A stretch of 58,581 nt of DNA, counting the filler, from Squatina squatina (lineage: Eukaryota), in assembly GCA_031763465.1 (NCBI GenBank). It is 4 parts of 4 records of this genome, joined end to end, with 100 filler letters (N's around TTAATTAATTAA, not from the genome) between each part and the next. Parts side by side here need not be neighbours in the genome. Positions count along the whole stretch, not along the records: positions 28,693 to 43,945 come from JARFOE010000073.1; positions 44,046 to 58,581 come from JARFOE010000235.1; 2 more parts are not named here. The stretch is one strand, 5' to 3'. The notes beneath the pieces are model-generated. The model was given only the letters and a program-made list of their open reading frames with translations, was not told the DNA's origin and ran no database searches. How positions within the stretch are numbered: the stretch's first letter is position 1; each line of letters opens with the position of its first letter. Below, in pieces: positions 37,168-46,821 of the stretch. The position numbers and the translations under genes are program-made.

Positions 37168-37797
37168 GTAAGAGCTGTGTATGGCAAAGACAGGAATGCA
37201 GATGTGTCTGACAGACAGCTCTGTGTCACATGGTTTACTGTAGGATTTGAACTGAGTGCGACTGACTGTCCCAGCTGCAGGGGACTGCGCAAAGCATATC
37301 TGAAGCAGACTTGCCAGGCAGTGGGGGAAAATTCAGCTGGAAGTGACTGCTTTCTTGTTCCTGGATCACCTGGGGGGAGACTGTTTGAGATCCACAATTA
37401 GGAAACATTGCAGAACTGTGGGAGTATTTTTTCATCCAAATTTTAAAAAATAAATTTGGAAGTGCAGTGGTTTCTTTACAAAATACTGTGACTGGCTGTT
37501 CAGAACTCTACTGATCCTTTAAAGCGAGTGTTGCAGAATAATTTCTGCCAGTTAGATTTTATTTTACAAGCGAACTAAAGAGTATTGAATAGTGTAACGT
37601 GTGTGCTGAATCACACTGCAGTGTGCCAGTGAAGGCAGGCCAACAGCTTTGGGTTAGCACAGAATGGACAGAAGCTCAAGATCTTCAATGTGTGGATGAC
37701 TGTCTTAGGCCATTCTGTGGTTTTGTGTATGCTTTTGCTTTTGTTATTTTCACTGGAGCTTCCCTAGCTTATTCAGTATTTGCTAAAATTTAATCAC

Positions 37798-37982
37798 AAG
37801 ACCATAAGAAGTAAGAGCAGGAGTAGGCCATTCGGCTCGTCGAGCCCACTCCACCATTCAATTGGATCATGGCTGATCCGGCATTTCTCCAGTCCACCTC
37901 CCCGTCTTCTCCCCATAACCCTTGATTCTCTTACTGATTAGAAATCTATCTATCTCGGACTTAAATATGCACAAGGTCTCAG
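37798..37982 (-). mobile_element. CR1 LINE 3' end
   Basis: Minus strand encodes IFKSEIDRFLISKRIKGYGEK (CR1 ORF2 C-terminus) followed by the 3' tail. Highly similar to 32385-32513. Confidence 0.85.
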
Positions 37983-38479
37983 NNNNNNNNNNNNNNNNNN
38001 NNNNNNNNNNNNNNNNNNNNNNNNNNNNNNNNNNNNNNNNNNNNNNNNNNNNNNNNNNNNNNNNNNNNNNNNNNNNNNNNNNACAGCAAAGCGAAAAATA
38101 TTCATATTTTAATATGTTTAGAAAATACCTTTGGAGTACAGTCCTCGTTACTAACCAGCGGGAATCAAGTTTCGGGATAATCCCATCATTCAATTATTCT
38201 GACCTGCTTATCCCCTCAAATTCCCAGACTCCCAGAGGCAGGCAAAGTGAAGAAATAAATGAATTAAACACAAGTGATTGATTGTCCTTTTGTCCAGATA
38301 CATACAGTTCCAGTACTTATCTCCTCACCACTCAGTGTACTTGTACTGTAAGTTTCAAACTGCACATTTATCAAAAGCTGTTAGTGATTCAGTCTCCCAA
38401 ATCAGTCAGTTCATCTTTAGCCTTCCAGGAAGCTGTTTCTCCAAAACTAAATGCACTCTTGTTTGTTTGTTTTTTGCAG

Positions 38480-38587
38480 AATGGTACCAGTTATGGATCA
38501 CTGGTGAGACGCAACACAGAGCTGCTGAAAGCTGTCAAAGAGTTGGAGCGCACATGCATAACACTTAGAGAGGAGAACACTTTACTG
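38480..38587 (+). CDS. RIM-binding protein family (TSPOAP1/RIMBP1 or long RIMBP2) coiled-coil exon: NGTSYGSLVRRNTELLKAVKELERTCITLREENTLL
   Basis: tttttgcag acceptor, CTG|gtaagg donor, 108 nt. Resembles recalled TSPOAP1 ELLRALGELRQRCAILKEENQML. Confidence 0.8.
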
Positions 38588-38721
38588 GTAAGGGCAAAGT
38601 GTCCATTTTACACAGGAGACTNNNNNNNNNNNNNNNNNNNNNNNNNNNNNNNNNNNNNNNNNNNNNNNNNNNNNNNNNNNNNNNNNNNNNNNNNNNNNNN
38701 NNNNNNNNNNNNNNNNNNNNN

Positions 38722-38942
38722 GGGGATCACTCTGTCCTGTAGACCATGAGCTTGGTGCCGGGTGGGTGGAAAGATCACAGCAGATCCAGCAGCTCGCCAA
38801 CAACCACGTGTGTGAATTCTTCAGTGCAGTCAAGACCATCTAGGGCCCAAACCCCACTGAGAGCTAAGAACGGAGAGGTGCTCATCAAGGCAGTCAATGC
38901 CCGCTGGAAGGAGCACTTTGAGGAACCCCTCAACCAAGACTC
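38722..38942. mobile_element. RTE-clade LINE fragments
   Basis: Plus strand gives IQQLANNH..FFSAVKTI*GP..LRAKNGEVLIKAVNARWKEHFEE.LN. The first ~40 nt match the minus-strand RTE piece at 54625-54661. Confidence 0.75.
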
Positions 38943-39210
38943 TTGTTTCAAGCTTAATGCATTGTTACATAAAATATACAAATATGTATTGTACTCTGAG
39001 ATACGCAAAAATTTATAACATCTTCACACAACTAGAAAATCCAGTTTCTTAAATCACATCTTGTTAATTCATATCAGCAATGAACTCAGTGCGCCAAGTG
39101 TAACACATTGTCATTACTTGCCGACAGGGGACAAAAGTAATTTCAGGATGGATTTCACAAAACCCCAGATAGATTCCTGCAATGATGTGTATTTTCACCT
39201 CTTACAGAAG

Positions 39211-39397
39211 CTTGGAATTCCCTCCCCAAGCCCCCACTGCTCTTTAACACTCCTTAAAACCTACTTTTGTCCAAGCTTTTAGTCACCTGTCCCAATATCT
39301 CCTCCTCTGATTTGGTGTCAATTTTTGTCTGATTACACTCATGAAGCATCTTGGGACTTTTTTTTCTACATTAAAGGTGCTGCATAAATGCAAATTG
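39211..39397 (+). mobile_element. L2-type LINE 3' end
   Basis: WNSLP...LLKTYF followed by a tail ending taaaggtgctgcataaatgcaa, similar to the SINE tail. Confidence 0.6.
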
Positions 39398-40089
39398 CTT
39401 TTGAGGCGTGTTTATGGTGTGACGAGTGCCCTACTGCACTCCATCACTTCTGGTTAAAAAAATGTACTGGCAGAATTTCTGACTATCCTAACCTGCAGAG
39501 GCTCCCCCCTCCCAATCAGCGAATGAAGGAGAGATTGCAGCAGAGCTGCTCAGCAGTGATGATACCTGATAAGACAGTTATATGGATTTAGACCCTACCA
39601 TGCTGTGCAGAAAAAGGAGGGTGAGGGCTGGATCAATCCACCCATCATTGCTGCAGTATGCACATCACTTACTAATCTCACATCTGTTATTTTGCAATAA
39701 AATGTGATCATAAATGTGATCCTCATTTCTCCTGAAGAAAGGTAACACTGTGGCTTTTCATGAAGAATGCTGAGATGATCAGATGGGTGCCTCACTCTCC
39801 ATTTGTGACAGTGAGACTGTCCTATAAATCCTTCGGCTGTTGCTTGGCAGCAGCAGCGGCTTTGCCTGGTTAGGTATAGCACCACCAGCATAGGCTCTAC
39901 ATTCATGCAGCGTNNNNNNNNNNNNNNNNNNNNNNNNNNNNNNNNNNNNNNNNNNNNNNNNNNNNNNNNNNNNNNNNNNNNNNNNNNNNNNNNNNNNNNN
40001 NNNNNNNNNNNNNTTTAGAAGTAGGGTAGGGAAGGCAGAGTGATGGGGATGTGATGAGTGACACAGCAGGATGAGGTTGAGTGTGGCTT

Positions 40090-40322
40090 TACAGTAATGT
40101 TGCATGATCTACTGAGATCATTGAAAGGTTTGCCCCACTGCAGCCTGATCCCTCTGACGACATCCCTGCTTGTGCCCTCCTGTGCAATGTTCAACCAGGC
40201 TGCGTTGATATCCTAGAGAGGTCCCTTCCGCCCATTGTAAGGGAAGTGAACCTGCCTATGTGCTCTGACTCCCTCAGTAAGCATCTGGAGGGAGTCATGG
40301 GAGAGCCTGGGTGCAGCCGTGC
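40090..40322 (-). mobile_element. Harbinger-type Myb/SANT DNA-binding gene relic
   Basis: Minus strand reads AAPRLSHDSLQML.EGV...FPYNGRKGP...AAWLNIAQE..S..VV.....QW.KPFNDLSRS, the trihelix/NAIF1-like pattern, with a stop. Confidence 0.65.
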
Positions 40323-41885
40323 ACCTTTGTGCAATGTTTGTCAGAGTTCTGCAGCACCTCAGTGCTGCAATACACTGACCGAAGGACTGTCAAAAAAAAA
40401 GTTGGCCATGGTCCCTTTTAAGGAAACCGGCTAATGGCACGTCACCAGATAACATCATCAGACCGGCTTCCTGTTAATTGGCTCGAAACCTCGCTGGGCG
40501 GGCTTAACAAGCCCATTCATCTTAGAATTGTTTTGAGAGGGTGGGATGGAACTGGGAGCGCGTTCCCCACATGTCACCAATGTCTCGCCACTGTTGGCGA
40601 AATTGCAGCCGGTGTCTCTGGAGGTGGGAGAAGACCTTCCCGACAATCATTCATTCACCTCAGGTGCAGAGGAGCTCCAGTCACTCACTCACCGCGGCTA
40701 GATAGGTGCTCCAGTGATTCACTCACTCAACTCACTCACCAACACATTTCTATGTCGATACTCCAAGCCCTTGCTGTCTGTCATTATCTCACATTCCTCA
40801 ACTATAAAATCATGGAACGTTCCAGTGCGCAATCAGGTTACTTGACTCATCAAGTATGCGCCAGTGTTTTTCTCTGCATAAACCACCTAGTTGAAGCCTT
40901 AACTGTTTTTATCTTTGTAGATATTTAAAGCCATCTCTTTATGTGAGGCGCACAGAACATTCACAGTTACTGTTTTTTTTTCCTCTACCAGAAAGTCTGT
41001 TTATTCACTCCCAATAGTTTTATCTTTTCCTTTCTTCCCAAAAAAGGAAAAAAACCTTAATTTTTAAAATAAATTTCTGTATTTTCTAAAACAAAAAGTG
41101 AATGTTCTAAGTGCTGAGAGTAAATGTTTGTATCTCGTTGTTGAGATGAAAGCACAGGTGCATAGAGGGCTTCAGCTTTTTTGAACTTTATGGGAGTGGG
41201 AGACGAAAGATACCCAATTGAAGACCATGTTAAGATGCAGGGAAAACACATTGCATCAGTCATTGGCCATTGTGGATGAGAGAAGTTTTAAGGCCTCTAT
41301 GTGCATGAGTGAAATGTTTCCACATAGTGATTATCTATCTAGTTTACAGAGAGTGTGTTGTGATGAGACTGGTCAATGCACAGACTGACTTATCTTTCAA
41401 TTATTTGACAGCTCACAGTTGGAACATCATCAGTGCATCCAGGGTTATCCCTGCAAACAACAACAGAATTCTTCAGGACCTCAGAGGCAAGTGGATCTGT
41501 TGTACAAAGTCAGGTCACAGGCTCAGATCAGGACAGCAAGCAGGTTAGGCAGTTGGTGAGTTCAGTCAGGNNNNNNNNNNNNNNNNNNNNNNNNNNNNNN
41601 NNNNNNNNNNNNNNNNNNNNNNNNNNNNNNNNNNNNNNNNNNNNNNNNNNNNNNNNNNNNNNNNNNNNNNCTGTCTCTTATTCTTCTATTGTACGAGGCC
41701 TGTGCACTCTGATTTCAGCAAATTTTGATTGGAAGAGAATGGGTAGTAAAGGGTTAATGCCATCTGCTGGAACATGTGGAGCCACTGAGAGTCAGTGGAT
41801 GGAATCAGACTGAAATGTTGAAGCACAGCCTGAAATGGTATTCTCTCTCCTGCCCTGGTTAGAATGCGTCTGCTTTTATTTACAG

Positions 41886-41975
41886 GAGAATGAGCTGAAA
41901 CATGTCTGGATTGAGAATGCACGGCTAACTGAAGAGACCGTTCGACTCAGCCAAGAGGCACAGGAGACTGAAAAG
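41886..41975 (+). CDS. RIMBP-family coiled-coil exon (90 nt): ENELKHVWIENARLTEETVRLSQEAQETEK
   Basis: ttttatttacag acceptor, AAG|gtaata donor, phase 0/0. Resembles recalled TSPOAP1 ELQLRQAQNENARLVEENSRLSGRATEKEQ. Confidence 0.85.
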
Positions 41976-42652
41976 GTAATACTTGGCTTCATCTCTCGTC
42001 AGTGCACTGAGACTGCCTTTCCACAGCCATATCCCAGTGGGGAAGGCATGCGTTTATAACTTTTAACTAAGACAGTGGGCGCCCAATTCGTCCTTTTCTT
42101 TTGGCGCTGAACTCGCATTAAATGGGTGTTAAGGGCTTAACGCCGATTTTGGGCGTTAAATTTAGTGCTGCGAAATTCGTCCACCCTTAATNNNNNNNNN
42201 NNNNNNNNNNNNNNNNNNNNNNNNNNNNNNNNNNNNNNNNNNNNNNNNNNNNNNNNNNNNNNNNNNNNNNNNNNNNNNNNNNNNNNNNNNNCTGCACGCT
42301 GCTCCCCTCGCCCCCTTCTGCACCCTCCTCCCCTCGCCCCCTTCTGCACCGTGCTCCCCATGCCCCATTCTGTACCCTACTCCCCTCACCTCTTTACTGT
42401 GTTTCCTTGTCCCCATACTGTACTGTGTTCCCTCCCACTGTTTCAGCTGAAGTGCTTCTCTTGCATTTACATGACTGAGCACGTGAACCAATTTATTTTG
42501 TTTTGTGGTTTTAAAATTGTTTTTTTTTCATTTTCTCTCTCTCAGTTATCTCCCTTCCTATTGTTGGGAATGAGCCATTTGGATGCTATTTCCCAGGCCG
42601 CTGTCCTCCACCAGCCCCTTTCGCATGCTCTTGCTCGACATTCACATACATA

Positions 42653-42942
42653 AAGAAAGACTTGCATTTATATAACGCCTTTGGGACGTGTCAAAGCCAA
42701 TGAAGTACTTTTGGAGTGTAGTCACTGTTGTAATGTAGGAACCCCAGGAGCCAATTTGCACACAGCAAGCTCCCTCCANNNNNNNNNNGGGATAACTCCC
42801 CTGCTCTTCAGGCCTCGGTTTGTCATCTCATCCGAAAGACGGCAGTGCAGCACTCCCTCAGCACTGGAGTGTTAGCCTAAATTTTTGTGCTCAAGTTCCC
42901 TGACTCAGACGAGAGCGCTACCTACTGAGCCACAACTGACAC
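42653..42942 (-). mobile_element. Deu-type SINE with tRNA-derived head
   Basis: Minus strand starts gtgtcagttgtggctcagtaggtagcgctctc (A-box-like), contains gtgctgagggagtgctgcactg and ends with the shared ...tatataaatgcaagtc tail. Confidence 0.8.
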
Positions 42943-43453
42943 TTGGACTTTGCTGCAAGAGACACGAGATAGTGATTGGAAATAGGAACTCTGGCTGATT
43001 TTCCCCAACTTCCCCAACGAGGCTAACAAGCATCCCCATTACCACCCTACTGAGATAACGGAGCACAGACTACATGGCTCCATGGAGGCATCATGAGAAC
43101 TCCTTACATTTTTGTTGTATTTATTCAGCTAATCCCTGTGCAGCTACCAAAGCGATAGTGTGGAAGGGAGGGGAGGAATAGGTGGGTGACATCACTTCAT
43201 TTATTTCCCAAGGGCCTGGAATTTAGGCATAAAACTCTGTTCCCATACTTATACCTCCAACTGCTCCAGGTCTCAAGCCTGTCACTGTGCTGCGTTGAGA
43301 AGACATCTGCATCATTTACAAAACAAGCAGAGGATTCATTTAAATTTGCCGACAAATTCAGTATCCTTTTATACAGTAATGAAGTGTAACAATTGGTTAT
43401 TGCGTTCCTCTTGGTCCTTTCGAATTGTGCTGAAGTGCCTGTGTTTGCTGCAG

Positions 43454-43576
43454 GTTAAAGCTCACAACAATGACCTGAGAGGGAGAATCTCAGTGGTGAC
43501 AGCAGAACGAGATTCAGCTCTGAAGGAGAATCAGCGACTCCAAGCCAAGCTGGAGAACCTAGAGCAGGTCCTGAAG
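43454..43576 (+). CDS. RIMBP-family coiled-coil exon (123 nt): VKAHNNDLRGRISVVTAERDSALKENQRLQAKLENLEQVLK
   Basis: ctgcag acceptor and AAG|gtaaga donor, in frame with the previous exon. Resembles recalled TSPOAP1 VEWENAELRGQLLGVTQERDSALRKSQGLQSKLESLEQVLK, which precedes HMRE... Confidence 0.88.
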
Positions 43577-43807
43577 GTAAGATCACTGGTAGCACCTTGT
43601 ACAAAAAAAATATACATCCCAGTGTGAGTGAGACTTTATTGAGCTCGGGTAACTCACAGAACATTACAGTAATAAATACACATCGCAGTGGGAGATTGCA
43701 AACTTGGGTAGCTCACAGCACATTGCAAGGGTTCCCTACACATTGTGTTTTCAAGCCTGCTGAGTTCTTGGAGAAGTTCCTTCCCTGCAGAAAGGAAGGA
43801 GATGTAT

Positions 43808-43945
43808 GAGCAGAAGCGAAATACTGCGGATGCTGGAATCTAAAATACAAACAAAAAAAGTTGGAAAGACTCAGCAGGTCAGGCAGCATCTGTGGAGAGA
43901 AAAACAGAGTCAACGTTTCAGGTCGATGACCCTTCGTCAGAACTG
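43808..43945. mobile_element. Left arm of the palindromic Penelope-terminus-like repeat (truncated at scaffold end)
   Basis: aaatactgcggatgctgg...tcagcaggtcaggcagcatctgtggagagaaaaacagagtcaacgtttcaggtcgatgacccttcgtcagaactg. Related copies at 3367-3547 and 53328-53357 (reverse). Confidence 0.75.
43908..43944 (-). ncRNA. Minimal type-I hammerhead ribozyme motif
   Basis: Minus strand: AGUU-CUGACGA-AGGGUC-AUC-GACCU-GAAAC-GUU^-GACU. Both core boxes, helix II and a 4-bp helix I are present. Helix III is reduced to the palindrome AACGUU. Confidence 0.65.
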
Positions 43946-44045
43946 NNNNNNNNNNNNNNNNNNNNNNNNNNNNNNNNNNNNNNNNNNNNTTAATTAATTA
44001 ANNNNNNNNNNNNNNNNNNNNNNNNNNNNNNNNNNNNNNNNNNNN
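43946..44045. other. Artificial scaffold-joining linker
   Basis: 44 N + TTAATTAATTAA (43990-44001) + 44 N. Confidence 0.97.
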
Positions 44046-46821
44046 CCAGTATTGCATAGGACAGACAATAAGAAACAGAGAGATTGTTCCAGTATTTCAT
44101 GGTACAGTCTATCAGGAACAGAGACAGTGTTCTAGTATTGCACAGCACAGACTATCAGGAAAAGAGATCGTGTTCCAGTATTTCACTGAACAGTCTATCA
44201 GGAACAGAGACAGTGTTCCAATATTCCATATCACAGTCTATAAGGAACAGCTACAGTGTTCTCGTATTGCACAGCACAGACTATCAGGAAAAGAGACAAT
44301 GTTCCAGTATTTCACAGTACGGTCTATCAGGAACAGAGACAGTGTTCCAATATTCCACATCACAGTCTATAATGAACAGAGACAGTGTTCCAGTATTTCA
44401 CAGATCAGTCTATCGGGAACAGAAGCAGCATTCCATTATTTAACAGTACAGACTATCAGGAACAGAGACAGTGTTCCAGTATTTAATAGCACAGACAATC
44501 AGGAACAGAAACAATGCTCGTGTATTGCACAGTGAAGAGTATCAGGAGCAGAGCGAGTGTTCCAGTATTTCACAGTGCAGTCAATCAAGAACAGAGCCAG
44601 TGATCCAGTATTTTACAGAACATTCTATCAGGAACAGAGATAGTGTTCCAGTATTTCACAGTACGGTCTAGCAGGAATAGAGGCAGTGTTCCAATATCTC
44701 ACATCACAGTCTATCAGGAACAGAGACAGTGTTCCAGTCTTTCACAGTAGAGTCAATCAGGAACATAGTCAGAGTCCCAGTATTTCACAGCACAGAGTAA
44801 AAGGATCAGAGCAAATGTTCCATTATTTCACGTCACAGTCTATCTGCAACAGAAACAGTGCTCCAGTATTTCACAGTACAGTCTATCAGGAACTGAGACA
44901 GTGTTCTAGTATTGCACAGCCCAGACTATCAGGAAAAGAGACCGTGTTCCAGTATTTCACAGAACAGTCTCTCAGGTACAGAGATAGTGTTCAAATATTC
45001 CACATCACAGTCTATCAGGAACAGAGACAGTGACCCAGTATTGCACAGCACAAACAATCAGCAACAGAGACAGTGTTCCAGTATTTCACAGTACAGTCTA
45101 TCAGGAATATAGTGAGTGTTCCAGTATTTCAGAGCACGGAATATCAGGAACAGAGACTGTGTTCCAGTATTGCATAGGACAGACAATAAGAAACAGAGAG
45201 ATTGTTCCAGTATTTCATGGTACAGTCTATCAGGAACAGAGACAGTGTTCTAGTATTGCACAGCACAGACTATCAGGAAAAGAGATCGTGTTCCAGTATT
45301 TCACTGAACAGTCTATCAGGAACAGAGACAGTGTTCCAATATTCCATATCACAGTCTATAAGGAACAGCTACAGTGTTCTCGTATTGCACAGCACAGACT
45401 ATCAGGAAAAGAGACAGTGTTCCAGTATTTCACAGAACAGTCTCTCAGGTACAGTGATAGTGTTCCAATATTCCACATCACAGTCTATAAGGAACAGAGA
45501 CAGTGTTCCAGTATTTCACAGCTTAGTCTATCAGGAAAAGAGGCAGTGTTCCATTAGTTAACAGTACAGACTATCAGGAACAGAGACAGTGTTCCAATAT
45601 TTCATAGCACAGACTATCAGGAACAGAGACAGTTTTCTAGTTATTCACAGTACAGTCTATCCGGTATTTCACATCATGGAAAATCATGTTCAGAGACAGT
45701 GTTCCAGTATTTCACATCACAGTCTATCTGGAACAGAGAGAGTGTTCCAATATTCCACATCACAGTTTATAAGGAACAGAGACAGTGTTCTAGTATTTCA
45801 AATTACAGACTATCAGGAACAGAGACAGTGTTCCAGTATTGCACAGCACAGACGATCAGGAAAAGAGACAGTGTTCCAGTATTTCACAGAACAGTCTCTC
45901 AGGTACAGAGATAGTGTTACAATATTCCACATCACAGTCTATAAGGAACAGAGACAGTGTTCCAGTATTTCACAGATTAGTCTATCAGGAAAAGAGGCAG
46001 TGTTCCATTCTTTAACAGTACAGACTATCAGGAACAGAGACAGTGTTCCAATATTTCATAGCACAGACTATCAAGAACAGAGACAGATTTCTAGTATTTC
46101 ACAGTACAGTCTATCAGGAACAGAGACAGTGTTCCAATATTCCACATCTCAGTCTATAAGGAACAGAGAGAGTGTTCCAGTATTTCACAGATCAGTCTAT
46201 CGGCAAAGTGTTCCAATATTTCACAACAGAGAATTTCAGGATCTGAGACAGTGTTCCAGTATTGCACAGCACAGACTTTCAGGAAGAGAGGCAGTGTTCC
46301 ATTATTTAACAGTACAGACAATCAGGAACAGAGACAGTGTTCCAATATTTCACAACAGAGAATTTCAGGATCTGAGACAGTGTTCCAGTATTGCACAGCA
46401 CAGACTATCAGGAACAGAGGCAGTGTTCCATTATTTAACAGTACAGACAATCAGGAACCGAGACAGTGTTCCAGTATTTCATAGTACATTCTATCAGGAA
46501 CAGAGACAGTGTTCCAGTATTTAACAGCACAGACAATCAGGAACAGAAAAAATGCTCGTGTATTGCACAGTGCAGTCAATCAAGAACAGAGCCAGTCATC
46601 CAGTATTTCACAGAAAATTCAATCAAGAACAGAGACAGTGTTCCAGTATTTCACAGTACAGTCTAGCAGGAATAGAGACAGTGTTGCAATATCTCACAGC
46701 ACAGATGGTCAGGAACAGAGACCATGTTCCAGTATTTCACAGTAGAGTCAATCAGGAACATAGTCAGTGTTCCACTATTTCACAGCACAGAGTAAAAGGA
46801 TCAGAACAAATGTTCCAGTAT
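44046..46821 (+). repeat. 43-bp tandem satellite, about 64 monomers
   Basis: Consensus ccagtatttcacagtacagtctatcaggaacagagacagtgtt. Equivalent positions recur at multiples of 43 (44084, 44170, 44471, 44686, 45202). Confidence 0.97.

Noticed and set aside
44046-46821. CRISPR array
   Set aside because: The would-be spacers are homologous to each other, the DNA is vertebrate and there are no cas genes.
44046-46821. Hammerhead in the satellite minus strand (CUGAUAGAC...GUGAAAUAC)
   Set aside because: The first box has an extra base (CUGAUAGA), helix II is at most 2 bp, and no convincing helix III or NUH site exists.
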